Assembly (NCBI GenBank): GCA_964474205.1
Contig: CAYYRW010000005.1
Location: forward strand, 154,161-218,160
DNA length: 64,000 bases
From: an uncultured Nitrospirales bacterium
GTDB taxonomy: Bacteria; Hydrogenedentota; Hydrogenedentia; Hydrogenedentales; CAILVY01
Reading direction: 5' to 3'
Below, piece after piece: positions 18,647-27,880 of this stretch (positions are counted from its first letter, which is position 1; each line of letters opens with the position of its first letter). The notes below the pieces were generated by a model that had not been told where the DNA came from, ran no database searches, and worked only from the letters and a program-made list of their open reading frames with translations. Both the position numbers and the translations under genes were made by a program.

Positions 18647-18733
18647 ATGCCAAGCCAAAACGCGCGGATACTGAACCGCGGGTTGGGCGGACGTGTGTTT
18701 TCCGTGCCGCCGCCTCTGGCGGGAAAGGTGTGA
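18647..18733 (+). CDS. Possible 28-aa small ORF
   Basis: MPSQNARILNRGLGGRVFSVPPPLAGKV* with GAGGAG about 9 nt upstream; no recognised family. Confidence 0.25.
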   Translation: MPSQNARILNRGLGGRVFSVPPPLAGKV

Positions 18734-18744
18734 AGGAGCGGACC

Positions 18745-19914
18745 ATGCCTAACGATCCCTTGACCCCCTATGGAAACCGTCCGATGGTGACGCCCATCGT
18801 CAACGCCGTGAATTACAAGTATCTTTCGTTTGATGTGTTGCGGCAAATCACCGATGGCGAGATTGATGGCTATACCTACCACCGCGACGACAACCCGACG
18901 GTGCGCGAAGTCGAGCGCCAAATGGCGGCGCTGGAAGGCGCCGAAGACTGTGTTGTCTGCACTTCGGGCATGGCCGCCTGCACCATGGTGTACCTGACCT
19001 ACTTGCAGGCGGGGGATCATGTCATCATTTTTCACGACACCTACGGCGCCAATTATAAGGTCTCGTTAATCCTTGAACGGTTGGGCATTGCGTTCACCTG
19101 GATGGATGCCGACGATGCCGGTCAAATCGAGCAGCAGCTTCGCGCCAACACGCGCATGATTTTTCTGGAGACGCCCACCAACCCCTTGTGTAAAATTATG
19201 GATGTACCCGCCCTCCGCCGCGCCGCGGATACGGTGGGCGCCATGCTGGTGGTGGACAACACCTTCGCCACGCCGTATCACCAAAATCCCTTAACCTTGG
19301 GGGCCGATTTGGTTGTACACAGCGCCACCAAGGCCCTCGGGGGGCACAATGATCTCATGGCGGGCGCCATCGCTGGTTCAAAAGAACACTACAACCGGTT
19401 GTGGTTCACCCGGCAGGCCATTGGCACCACCTTGGATGCCTATTCCGCCTTTCTGCTGGAACGGGGTCTGAAAACCTTTGACCTGCGCGCCGCCGCCATG
19501 GCACGCGGCGCACAGGCCGTCGCGGAATTCCTCGCCAGGCATCCGGCGGTCTCGCGGGTTTCCTATCCGGGGCTTCCCGATCATCCCGGGCATGCCGTGG
19601 CGGCGCGCCAGATGCACCGCGGTTTTGGCGGCATGCTTTCCTTCGACGTGGGCCAGGATGAAGAACATGCCAAGCGGTTTATCGCGGCGCTGCGCACCAT
19701 TTGCCACGCAGTCAGCCTGGGTGCAACGGAATCTCTAATCTGCATTCCGCATCTGACAACCATGCTGTATTTACCGCCGGAACGGCGGGCCCTCTTTGGA
19801 GTGAAGAAAAACACCGTCCGGTTGTCGGTGGGCATTGAACCGCCGGAAACCCTGTTGGCCGATCTGAAGCAGGCGCTGGCGTGTGTCGAGCAGGACGCCG
19901 CGCCCCATGGATAG
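18745..19914 (+). CDS. PLP-dependent trans-sulfuration enzyme (cystathionine gamma-synthase / Met or Cys lyase family)
   Basis: YHRDDNPT, SGMAA, LETPTNP, VDNTFATP, VHSATKALGGH (PLP Lys), VSLGATESL, RLSVGIE; RBS AAGGAG. Confidence 0.9.
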   Translation: MPNDPLTPYGNRPMVTPIVNAVNYKYLSFDVLRQITDGEIDGYTYHRDDNPTVREVERQMAALEGAEDCVVCTSGMAACTMVYLTYLQAGDHVIIFHDTYGANYKVSLILERLGIAFTWMDADDAGQIEQQLRANTRMIFLETPTNPLCKIMDVPALRRAADTVGAMLVVDNTFATPYHQNPLTLGADLVVHSATKALGGHNDLMAGAIAGSKEHYNRLWFTRQAIGTTLDAYSAFLLERGLKTFDLRAAAMARGAQAVAEFLARHPAVSRVSYPGLPDHPGHAVAARQMHRGFGGMLSFDVGQDEEHAKRFIAALRTICHAVSLGATESLICIPHLTTMLYLPPERRALFGVKKNTVRLSVGIEPPETLLADLKQALACVEQDAAPHG

Positions 19915-19923
19915 TTTTTTCAC

Positions 19924-19939
19924 TTGGCATGCATCATGT
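19924..19939 (+). promoter_or_regulatory. Second putative sigma-54 promoter
   Basis: TTGGCATGCATCATGT, 14/16 identical to the 9379-9394 element; about 50 bp upstream of the mrp-nifX start. Confidence 0.5.
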
Positions 19940-19990
19940 CCATGATGGACAGGTTGTTAACAAAAAGTTCGTTAGGAGATAGTACGCTAT

Positions 19991-21289
19991 ATGGAAGACA
20001 CCGATTCCGCCGTTTTCTCACAAGCGGCCCAAAAGCACGAGGCGGAGCCCATTTCGTGCGGCTCCTGTGACAAGGAAACGTGTTCGAGCAAGGTCCGGCG
20101 CCACAATGAAAGCGACAAAGACTTTTTGGAACGCCAGGAACTTGCTGAACGGTTATGCCAAATCAAGCATAAAATTCTTGTCTTGTCCGGAAAGGGCGGT
20201 GTGGGCAAAAGCACGGTGGCGGTCAATCTCGCCGTATCCTTAATGCTGGCCGGAAAGCGGGTAGGGCTGTTGGACGTGGATATTCATGGCCCCAGCATTC
20301 CGAAGATGATGCATCTGGAAGGTTCTCCGGTGTTGACCGAAGGGGACCGCCTGCTTCCCATCGAGGTGGGCGATATGAAGGTGTTGTCACTCGGATTCTT
20401 TCTGAAAAGCGCCGATGACGCGGTGATCTGGCGCGGACCCATGAAAATGGGGGTTATCAAGCAGTTTTTGAAGGATGCCTGCTGGGGTAAACTGGATTAT
20501 CTGGTTGTTGATTCCCCCCCCGGAACGGGTGACGAGCCGTTGTCCGTTTGTCAGCTTATTGAGAATGCCGATGGCGCAATCATTGTAACGACGCCGCAGG
20601 ATGTCTCCGTCGCCGATGTGCGCCGCTCGATCAGTTTTTGCCACGCACTTCACCTTCCCGTGCTGGGCGTGGTGGAAAACATGAGCGGTTTTGTTTGCCC
20701 GCACTGTGGTGAAATCACGAATATTTTCAAGACGGGAGGCGGGGCGCGGATGGCCGCCGAAATGGCCGTCCCCTTCTTGGGCTGCATCCCCCTTGACCCC
20801 AAGGTGGGCGAGTCCTGTGATGCCGGCGCCCCCTATGTGCACCATTATGCCGGCAGCGAAACCGCGAAAGCGTTTAACCAAATTATTCAACCCATTCTTG
20901 CACTGGATGGCGTTAAAACACCGCCATCCCTCGAAAAGGAGAGTAGAACGATGCGTATTGCGATTCCCGTGGCCAATGGAAGGCTTGCGATGCACTTTGG
21001 GCATTGCGAACAGTTCGCGCTTGTGGATGTGGAGCCAGCGGAGAAACAGATTGTTAAAACGGAACTGGTGGACGCGCCGGAACATCAGCCGGGGCTGCTG
21101 CCGCGCTGGCTCGGCGAAAGAGGGGCCAACGTGATCATCGCAGGCGGCATGGGCTCGCGCGCCCAAACCCTGTTTGCCGAGCAGGGGATAGCGGTGATCG
21201 TGGGCGCGCCCGCGGAAACCATCGAGTATTTGATAAAGTCTTATCTGGAAGGTACTTTGGAACCGGGCGAAAATGTCTGTGATCATTGA
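19991..21289 (+). CDS. Mrp/NBP35 (ApbC) Fe-S carrier ATPase fused to a C-terminal NifB/NifX domain
   Basis: N-terminal CGSCDKETC, SGKGGVGKST, DVDIHGPS, VIWRGP, DSPPGTGD, ENMSGFVCPHCG; then MRIAIPV...MHFGHC...HQPG...IAGGMG. Confidence 0.92.
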   Translation: MEDTDSAVFSQAAQKHEAEPISCGSCDKETCSSKVRRHNESDKDFLERQELAERLCQIKHKILVLSGKGGVGKSTVAVNLAVSLMLAGKRVGLLDVDIHGPSIPKMMHLEGSPVLTEGDRLLPIEVGDMKVLSLGFFLKSADDAVIWRGPMKMGVIKQFLKDACWGKLDYLVVDSPPGTGDEPLSVCQLIENADGAIIVTTPQDVSVADVRRSISFCHALHLPVLGVVENMSGFVCPHCGEITNIFKTGGGARMAAEMAVPFLGCIPLDPKVGESCDAGAPYVHHYAGSETAKAFNQIIQPILALDGVKTPPSLEKESRTMRIAIPVANGRLAMHFGHCEQFALVDVEPAEKQIVKTELVDAPEHQPGLLPRWLGERGANVIIAGGMGSRAQTLFAEQGIAVIVGAPAETIEYLIKSYLEGTLEPGENVCDH

Positions 21290-21508
21290 TGCCTCTACGA
21301 AGGCTGCGGCGCCCGGTTTACGAAGCCAATTCATGGGCCGGCCCTCCCGCAAGGGTGCGGGGTATGGATTCCCGTTCGTATACGGAACCGCCATTCCAGG
21401 CAAGATCATGCTTGGGGCCATTCGTATACTGTACTATATCAAGCATTGCGCTGATTCAAAAACTCGTGCATGGCCATTCTTCAAGAAACAGAAAGGGCAA
21501 GGATTTTC

Positions 21509-22864
21509 ATGGACAAACAAGATAAGCGGGGTTGTTTTCGGGCGGGTCTGAAATGGCTGGTGCGCGGATGCGCGGTGATTCTGCTCGTGTTCATGGTGGC
21601 GTTCCTGGTTCTGTTCCGGACCGCGCTCTATGATCGCTTTTATCTTTTTCCGAAACAAGCCCAGGCATGGGCGCAATTTAAAGCTGACCGGGTGGCGCCG
21701 GGCTTGGATGACGGATGGAATGAGTATCGGGGGTGCCTGCACGCCCATTCCGAGCTGTCGCACGATTCGGCCATACCCTTTCAGGATATTGTGAAGGCGT
21801 TGAAAACGGATGATGTGGACTTCATCTGTATGACGGACCATTACGAGGACGGAAAAGCGGACTATTCCCTTGGATGGAACGGCCTGCACGACGGCATCCT
21901 GTTTATTCGCGGGTACGAACTCGACCATGGCCTTATGCCCTGGGGTATTCCCGAAGGAACCGTCTTCCTGGCCTCCGACGAGCCGCGCGCCTTGGCAAAA
22001 CGTATTCACGAACTTGGCGCCGTCTTATTTTACTCTCATACCGAACAGGAACGGATGTGGGACTTGCCGGAATTGGAGGGCATGGAAATCTACAATATCC
22101 ATACGGATTTTCTGGATGAGGACAAAGCCAGCATCCGAAAACTCGCCCCCCAACTTATTCTTAATCTGCGCGCCTACCCGGAACAAACCTTGCGCCTTAT
22201 TTTTGATCCGCCCAAACAACAATTGGCGATCTGGGACGAATTAAACAAAACCCGCCACATCACCGGGATTGCCGCCAATGACTCGCATCAGAATGTGGGC
22301 ATACGGGGATTCTATACTGCGAACGATACCCTCATCCTCAAGGGAACGGGCGAAAAACATGACATTATCGGTGAATACAAGCTTAATTTCTTCACCCGCC
22401 TCGTTTTGCGTGCATTCTTCGGCCCGCTCGAACCGGAACGTCAGGTGCTCCGGATAGAATTGGATCCTTATGCCCGGTCTTGCCACTTCGTCAATACGCA
22501 CGTACTGGCGAAATCGTGTACGGAGAAAGATATTCTCGATTCCCTGCGCGCCGGGCGCGCCTTTGTGGCGTTCACCATGCTGGCGGACGCCAAAGGATTT
22601 GTCTGTTTCGCGCAAGGGCAAACAGCCAAAGCGGTGATGGGGGAGAGCATACCCCTGGAGAAGGGAATGAAATTGCGGGCCGCGGCCCCCAACGCATGCC
22701 GGTTCAAGGTACTCAAGGATGGCGCGCCCACCGGCCAGTTTGAGGGCACGGAACTCGATGTTGACATCACGCAACCCGGCAAATACCGGGTGGAAACGGA
22801 ACTGAACATCCTGGGCGAATGGACGCCCTGGATTTATACCAATCCCATTGAAGTGACCCCCTGA
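21509..22864 (+). CDS. PHP-domain metallohydrolase with N-terminal membrane anchor
   Basis: CLHAHSELSHD, MTDH, SHTE, EIYN, ANDSH metal-ligand motifs. Confidence 0.7.
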   Translation: MDKQDKRGCFRAGLKWLVRGCAVILLVFMVAFLVLFRTALYDRFYLFPKQAQAWAQFKADRVAPGLDDGWNEYRGCLHAHSELSHDSAIPFQDIVKALKTDDVDFICMTDHYEDGKADYSLGWNGLHDGILFIRGYELDHGLMPWGIPEGTVFLASDEPRALAKRIHELGAVLFYSHTEQERMWDLPELEGMEIYNIHTDFLDEDKASIRKLAPQLILNLRAYPEQTLRLIFDPPKQQLAIWDELNKTRHITGIAANDSHQNVGIRGFYTANDTLILKGTGEKHDIIGEYKLNFFTRLVLRAFFGPLEPERQVLRIELDPYARSCHFVNTHVLAKSCTEKDILDSLRAGRAFVAFTMLADAKGFVCFAQGQTAKAVMGESIPLEKGMKLRAAAPNACRFKVLKDGAPTGQFEGTELDVDITQPGKYRVETELNILGEWTPWIYTNPIEVTP

Positions 22865-22891
22865 ATAATTTCATAGAATAGGAATAGCACC

Positions 22892-24142
22892 ATGAACAAG
22901 CAGTATTCGTTTATCCTTAGCGCCGTTGTGACGGTGTATCTGGGCCTTTTTCTGGCGCATGGACTTGTATCCGATCTTGCCTATGCCGAATCCGAAATCC
23001 GCTCGACCGCCCATCCATCCAGCGTTCAGCCGGATCAAGTCTGCCTCACGTGGAGCGGCGACCCAACCACAACCCAGACGATTCAATGGCGGACCTCGCC
23101 GAAGGTGAAGAAAGGACGCATTCAGTACCGCGAGAAAAGCGCTCCGTCAAATACGTATACCGAAAAAGACGCTGTGCGCACGGAAATAGAGGACCCGGGC
23201 ACCGCCAATGATCCCATCAATCACCGCTTTACCGCGGTGCTGGACGGATTGAAGCCAAACACCACCTACTCTTACCGGGCCGGTGCTAAAAAAGGATGGA
23301 GCGATTGGACGGAGTTCAGCACCGCCCCCCAAACCACCGCGCCGTTTTCGTTTGTATATATGGGCGATCCGCAAGTCGGTTTGGACGCTTGGGGGCGCTT
23401 GTTGCACGCGGCTTGTGCGCGTAACCCGCAGGCGGCCTTTTATGCGGTTGCCGGGGATAATGTGAACCGGGGCAACAACCGGGAGGAATGGGACAACCTG
23501 TTTCATGCGGCCACCGGCGTGTTTGACCGGCGCCCCTATGTTCCCGCCTTGGGCAATCACGATTGCGCAAAAGCCGCCGGCCCGCGCACCTACCTGAAAC
23601 TTCTCACCCTCCCCGAAAACGGTCCAAAGGAGATCGGATTGGAACGTTCCTACTGCTTCAACTATGGAAACGCCCTGTTCCTTGTTCTCGATTCCAATTC
23701 ATCCATCGAGAAGCAACGGCCCTGGATGGAAGAGCAACTGAAATCCACCAAGGCCGTCTGGAAATTTGCGATCTATCATCATCCCGCCTATTCTTCCGCG
23801 CCCAAACGCGATAACGCCGATGTCCGCGAACACTGGGGAAGCCTTTTCGACCAATATCACGTGGATATGGCCTTGCAGGGGCATGACCATGGCTATCTGC
23901 GCACAAAACCCATGCGCGGCGGAAAGGAAGTTCCCTCGGCCGCCGAAGGCACCGTGTACGTGGTATCCGTTTCCGGAACCAAGTACTATGACGTCGGGCA
24001 GTTTGACTACGCCACGAAAACCCTTGACCATCTCTCCACCTATCAGATCATTGACATTCAGACCAGCCCCGAAAACAAACTCACCTATCGCGCGTACGAT
24101 ATAGATGGCACGGTGCGGGATGAGTTCACAATTGTGAAATAG
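22892..24142 (+). CDS. Purple acid phosphatase-family metallophosphoesterase with FN3-like domain
   Basis: Signal peptide; GDPQ, AGDNVN, LGNHD, HHP, GHDH. Confidence 0.88.
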   Translation: MNKQYSFILSAVVTVYLGLFLAHGLVSDLAYAESEIRSTAHPSSVQPDQVCLTWSGDPTTTQTIQWRTSPKVKKGRIQYREKSAPSNTYTEKDAVRTEIEDPGTANDPINHRFTAVLDGLKPNTTYSYRAGAKKGWSDWTEFSTAPQTTAPFSFVYMGDPQVGLDAWGRLLHAACARNPQAAFYAVAGDNVNRGNNREEWDNLFHAATGVFDRRPYVPALGNHDCAKAAGPRTYLKLLTLPENGPKEIGLERSYCFNYGNALFLVLDSNSSIEKQRPWMEEQLKSTKAVWKFAIYHHPAYSSAPKRDNADVREHWGSLFDQYHVDMALQGHDHGYLRTKPMRGGKEVPSAAEGTVYVVSVSGTKYYDVGQFDYATKTLDHLSTYQIIDIQTSPENKLTYRAYDIDGTVRDEFTIVK

Positions 24143-24323
24143 GAATATCAAGGCTCTATCACCATCGGGCATTTTTCGGCAATTCGAGAAAACCAAAGCT
24201 GGTTCTATTATCCGAAACTGCCTGCCCATTCCAGCCCATTTATTTCGGATTTATTCCCTTTAATTGTGGTTTGGCTTGTGGTATACTGAGTCAGACCACA
24301 ACATATTGGGTCTGGGAGGTTGA

Positions 24324-25760
24324 ATGAACGGCCTGAAGCGAAAGGTCCACTTCGTAGGAGTGGGCGGTATTGGCATGAGCGGATTGGCGGAAATCCTGCT
24401 TAATTTGGGGTATGAGGTTTCCGGCTCCGATCTCAAGGCTACTGAAATCACCGATCGTTTGAAACTCTACGGGTTGCGGTTTGCCGAAGGTCATGTGGCG
24501 GAAAATCTGGGGGATGCCGGCATTGTGGTGGTATCAGCAGCGGTGAGTCCTGATAACGCGGAAGTGAAAGCGGCGCGCGAACATGGTATCCCGATCATCC
24601 ATCGGAGCGATCTGCTGGCGGATTTGATTCGCTTGAAACCGAACGCGGTGGTAGTGGGGGGGACCCACGGGAAAACCACGACCACCTCCATGATCAGCGC
24701 CTTTCTGGATCGCGCGAACATGGGCGCCACCAGCATCATCGGCGGCATTCTGCACCGCAGCGGCACCAATGCGCGCTGGGGTACGGGCGACTATCTCGTC
24801 GCGGAAGCGGATGAACATGACGGTTCGTTTCTGCGCCTGCTGCCCACGATCGCGGTGGTCACCAATATCGACGCGGAGCATCTCGAATATTATGGCACGG
24901 TGGACCGTATTCAACGCGCCTTCACTGATTTCTGCAACAGTGTTCCGTTTTATGGATATTCGATCCTGTGCGGCGATGATGCCAACACCCGCGCCATCAT
25001 CCCCGAAATTGAAAGCGTTTGCCTGACCTATGGCCTTGGGGAGAATGTCTCGCTTCAGGGAGCCAATATCCGTATGGCGCCCGCGGACACGTCCCGGACC
25101 AAAGCCCAGCAATTGTCCCAGTTGCGCACCCAGGTGGATGTCATCAGCCATGATGAACGCCTGCATGTCAAAGGCCCCTTGGGAACTCTCGAATTTAACG
25201 CGATTGGCACCCATAACGTGCGCAATGCGCTGGCGGCCTGTTCGGTGGGGCTGTGTCTCGGCATGCGTTTCGGCCTTATCGCGGAAGGCCTGCGAATGTT
25301 CGATGGCGTGCAGCGCCGCTTGCAGGTGCGCGGAGAACAGCGCGGAGTGATCGTCGTGGAAGACTACGCCCACCATCCCACGGAAATCGCGAGCACCCTC
25401 GAAGCCGTGCGCTGGGTGGAACCCAATCGGATCATTGCCGTGTTCCAGCCCCATCTGTTCAGCCGGACCAAGTTCTTATGCGAAGAGTTCGCGCGCGTAT
25501 TGGCGACCGTTGACCGGGCCATCGTCACGGACATCTACCCCTCGCGCGAAGAACCCATGCCGGGGGTGGATTCCACTCTGATTGTGGATGCCGCCCGCGA
25601 TCATGGCGCGAAAAACGTGGAATTGATTGCGAACATGGAGTCGGTGCCCCATCGCATCGCCCCCGATCTGGCCAAAGGTGACGTGGTGTTGATTCTGGGC
25701 GCGGGGAACATCAACCGCATTGCGGAACCCCTGTTGCAGGAATTAAAAGGACGAAAATGA
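24324..25760 (+). CDS. murC: UDP-N-acetylmuramate--L-alanine ligase
   Basis: HFVGVGGIGMSG, GTHGKTTT, EADEHDGSFL, TNIDAEHL, EDYAHHPTE, FQPHLFSRT, GAGNI. Confidence 0.96.
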   Translation: MNGLKRKVHFVGVGGIGMSGLAEILLNLGYEVSGSDLKATEITDRLKLYGLRFAEGHVAENLGDAGIVVVSAAVSPDNAEVKAAREHGIPIIHRSDLLADLIRLKPNAVVVGGTHGKTTTTSMISAFLDRANMGATSIIGGILHRSGTNARWGTGDYLVAEADEHDGSFLRLLPTIAVVTNIDAEHLEYYGTVDRIQRAFTDFCNSVPFYGYSILCGDDANTRAIIPEIESVCLTYGLGENVSLQGANIRMAPADTSRTKAQQLSQLRTQVDVISHDERLHVKGPLGTLEFNAIGTHNVRNALAACSVGLCLGMRFGLIAEGLRMFDGVQRRLQVRGEQRGVIVVEDYAHHPTEIASTLEAVRWVEPNRIIAVFQPHLFSRTKFLCEEFARVLATVDRAIVTDIYPSREEPMPGVDSTLIVDAARDHGAKNVELIANMESVPHRIAPDLAKGDVVLILGAGNINRIAEPLLQELKGRK

Positions 25761-26545
25761 TTCGACCGGGAAAACCAGTACGCCTGAGCCGCATCGCCGC
25801 GCGGCGGCGCCGCAAGCGCCTGGCCGTCCGCCTTGTCGGGCTGCTGATTTTCATGGTGGTGGTGTTGGGGATGGTCCACGCCTTTTCCTCCTATGTGAAC
25901 GAATCACCGCGCTTTCAAGTGAAAAAAATCCGCGTGGAAGGCGCGATCATGCTCAAGGAGGAAGCGATCCTCGCGGTGGCCGGCATCACGAAAAAAGACA
26001 ACGTGTTGTGGTTCGACAGTGCCGCCATAAAGCGGCGGGTGGAGTCCATGCCCTATGTGAAGCGCTGCGAAGTACAGCGGGTATATCCGGACCTGGTGAT
26101 CATCCGCGTCGAAGAACGCACCCCCGCCGCCTCCCTGGTGGTGAATAACCGGGTATATGAAATTGATGTGGAGGGCGCCCCCTTGCGTGAATTGGCCCTG
26201 CGGGATCCGCCCACGGGACCGCTTATTACGAACATTCCGAATCTGGACGTGGTGGAACTGTCCCAGCGCATCGAGTCCCCGGAACTCAGGCTGGCCCTCG
26301 ATACCTGGCGGGCCTTTTCCTCCATTCCCCTGGCCTCCGAGATTACCCTGTCGGAAATCTCGATCCCGGCCCCCAACCAGATCATAACCTTTTTCGACGA
26401 GGTTCCATTTGAGGTGCGCTGGAGCGCCCAGGGATTGATGGAGCAGGCCCAGCGGCTGGACTTCCTGTGGCATGAGCGCAAAGGACAGTTTCCCTGCAAC
26501 GTCTATTTGGACTTGCGCTTTGAAAATGATATCGCGTGCAAATAG
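25757..26545 (+). CDS. ftsQ: Cell division protein FtsQ/DivIB
   Basis: Basic N-terminus, TM helix, POTRA domain (..PYVKRCEVQRVYPD..IRVEER), C-terminal YLDLRFE. Confidence 0.85.
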   Translation: MIRPGKPVRLSRIAARRRRKRLAVRLVGLLIFMVVVLGMVHAFSSYVNESPRFQVKKIRVEGAIMLKEEAILAVAGITKKDNVLWFDSAAIKRRVESMPYVKRCEVQRVYPDLVIIRVEERTPAASLVVNNRVYEIDVEGAPLRELALRDPPTGPLITNIPNLDVVELSQRIESPELRLALDTWRAFSSIPLASEITLSEISIPAPNQIITFFDEVPFEVRWSAQGLMEQAQRLDFLWHERKGQFPCNVYLDLRFENDIACK

Positions 26546-26623
26546 CGCCTGTGCGCCATTGTGCGTTGTTTGGTGGACATGGTATTATAAACGCTGCGTT
26601 GGGCAGCCTCGGAGAGAACACCC

Positions 26624-27880
26624 ATGACCGTTTCTACAAGCAATGACCTGCAAACCTTCGATCAACGCGCCGTCATCAAGGTATGTGGAATCGGCGGCGG
26701 CGGCGGCAATGCCATTGGCCGCATGATCCAGGCGGGACTGGCCGACGTTGAATTCATTACCATCAACACCGACGCCCAAGCCTTGAAAAATTCCCCGGCG
26801 GGCACCCGTTTGCAGATCGGCACCCAACTCACCAGCGGTCTGGGGTCGGGGGCGAAACCGGAAGTCGGGTTTCGCGCCGCCGAAGAAGACCGGGAACGCA
26901 TCCGGGAAGTCCTGAGCGGGGCCGACATGGTGTTTCTCACGGCGGGCTTGGGCGGCGGCACAGGCACGGGCGCCAGCCCGATTGTGGCGGAAGAAGCCCG
27001 TAATACCGGCGCGTTGACCGTCGCGATTGTCACCCTTCCTTTCAGTTTCGAGGGAAAAGAGCGCATGGCCAATGCTATGAAGGGCCTTGTCGATCTCGAA
27101 AAGCATGTGGACACCCTCATCGTGGTGCCCAATGACCGCGTTTCCGCGCTCAGTCACGAGAGTATGTCCTTTCTGAGCGCGTTCAGCATGGCGGACGAAG
27201 TGCTGGCCAATGGTGTGCGCGCCATCTCCGAACTGATCACTATCCCTGGCCTGATCAATCTCGATTTCGCCGACGTGCGCACCATCATGCAGGCCCGCGG
27301 GCGCGCCCTGATGGGTATTGGCACGGCGGAAGGCGATGAGCGCGCCGTGCGCGCCGCGGAAGAGGCCATCATTTGTCCATTGCTGGAACAATCCAATATC
27401 AACGGCGCGATGGGCGTCATCGTGAATATCAAAGGCGGCTGCGATATCCGGATGCGTGAAGTGCAAAGCGCGGTCAACACGGTGAAAAAAGCCGCCCATC
27501 CCGACGCCAACATTATTTTCGGCGCCGTGGTGGACGAAAATGAACGTCCGGAAATCCAGGTGACGGTCATTGCCGCCGGCTTTCCCAAAGGCGTTTCCGA
27601 AGCCTTCCTGGCCCAGGAACCCGCCGCCCCGGCACCGGTTGAACCCAGACCCGTCCCGGCCCCTGTACCCGCCCTGGCCCCTGTACCCGCCCCCACAACC
27701 AAAGAATCCACCCCACCACCCAAATCAACCGCCCCGCCCCGGGAACAAATGCAGTTCCCGGAAGAAAACTTAAAACAACACGGTTTGGAACCCGAAATGC
27801 CACAAGAACCCGAACGCGACATGGGCATTCCCACGTTTTTGTGGAAACGGAAGCAACAGATACAACAGAGGAAAAAGTGA
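26624..27880 (+). CDS. ftsZ: Cell division GTPase FtsZ
   Basis: GGGGGNA, NTDAQAL, GGGTGTG, PFSFEG, NLDFADV, Pro-rich linker, GIPTFL tail. Confidence 0.98.
   Translation: MTVSTSNDLQTFDQRAVIKVCGIGGGGGNAIGRMIQAGLADVEFITINTDAQALKNSPAGTRLQIGTQLTSGLGSGAKPEVGFRAAEEDRERIREVLSGADMVFLTAGLGGGTGTGASPIVAEEARNTGALTVAIVTLPFSFEGKERMANAMKGLVDLEKHVDTLIVVPNDRVSALSHESMSFLSAFSMADEVLANGVRAISELITIPGLINLDFADVRTIMQARGRALMGIGTAEGDERAVRAAEEAIICPLLEQSNINGAMGVIVNIKGGCDIRMREVQSAVNTVKKAAHPDANIIFGAVVDENERPEIQVTVIAAGFPKGVSEAFLAQEPAAPAPVEPRPVPAPVPALAPVPAPTTKESTPPPKSTAPPREQMQFPEENLKQHGLEPEMPQEPERDMGIPTFLWKRKQQIQQRKK

Noticed and set aside
9445-21289. Nitrogen fixation (nif) cluster
   Set aside because: NifX-like domains and P-loop ATPases are present, but there is no nifH, nifD, nifK, nifE, nifN or NifB radical SAM; the ATPases are COG1149/Mrp type
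27658-27692. 17-bp direct repeat in ftsZ
   Set aside because: Encodes the ordinary Pro/Ala-rich disordered linker
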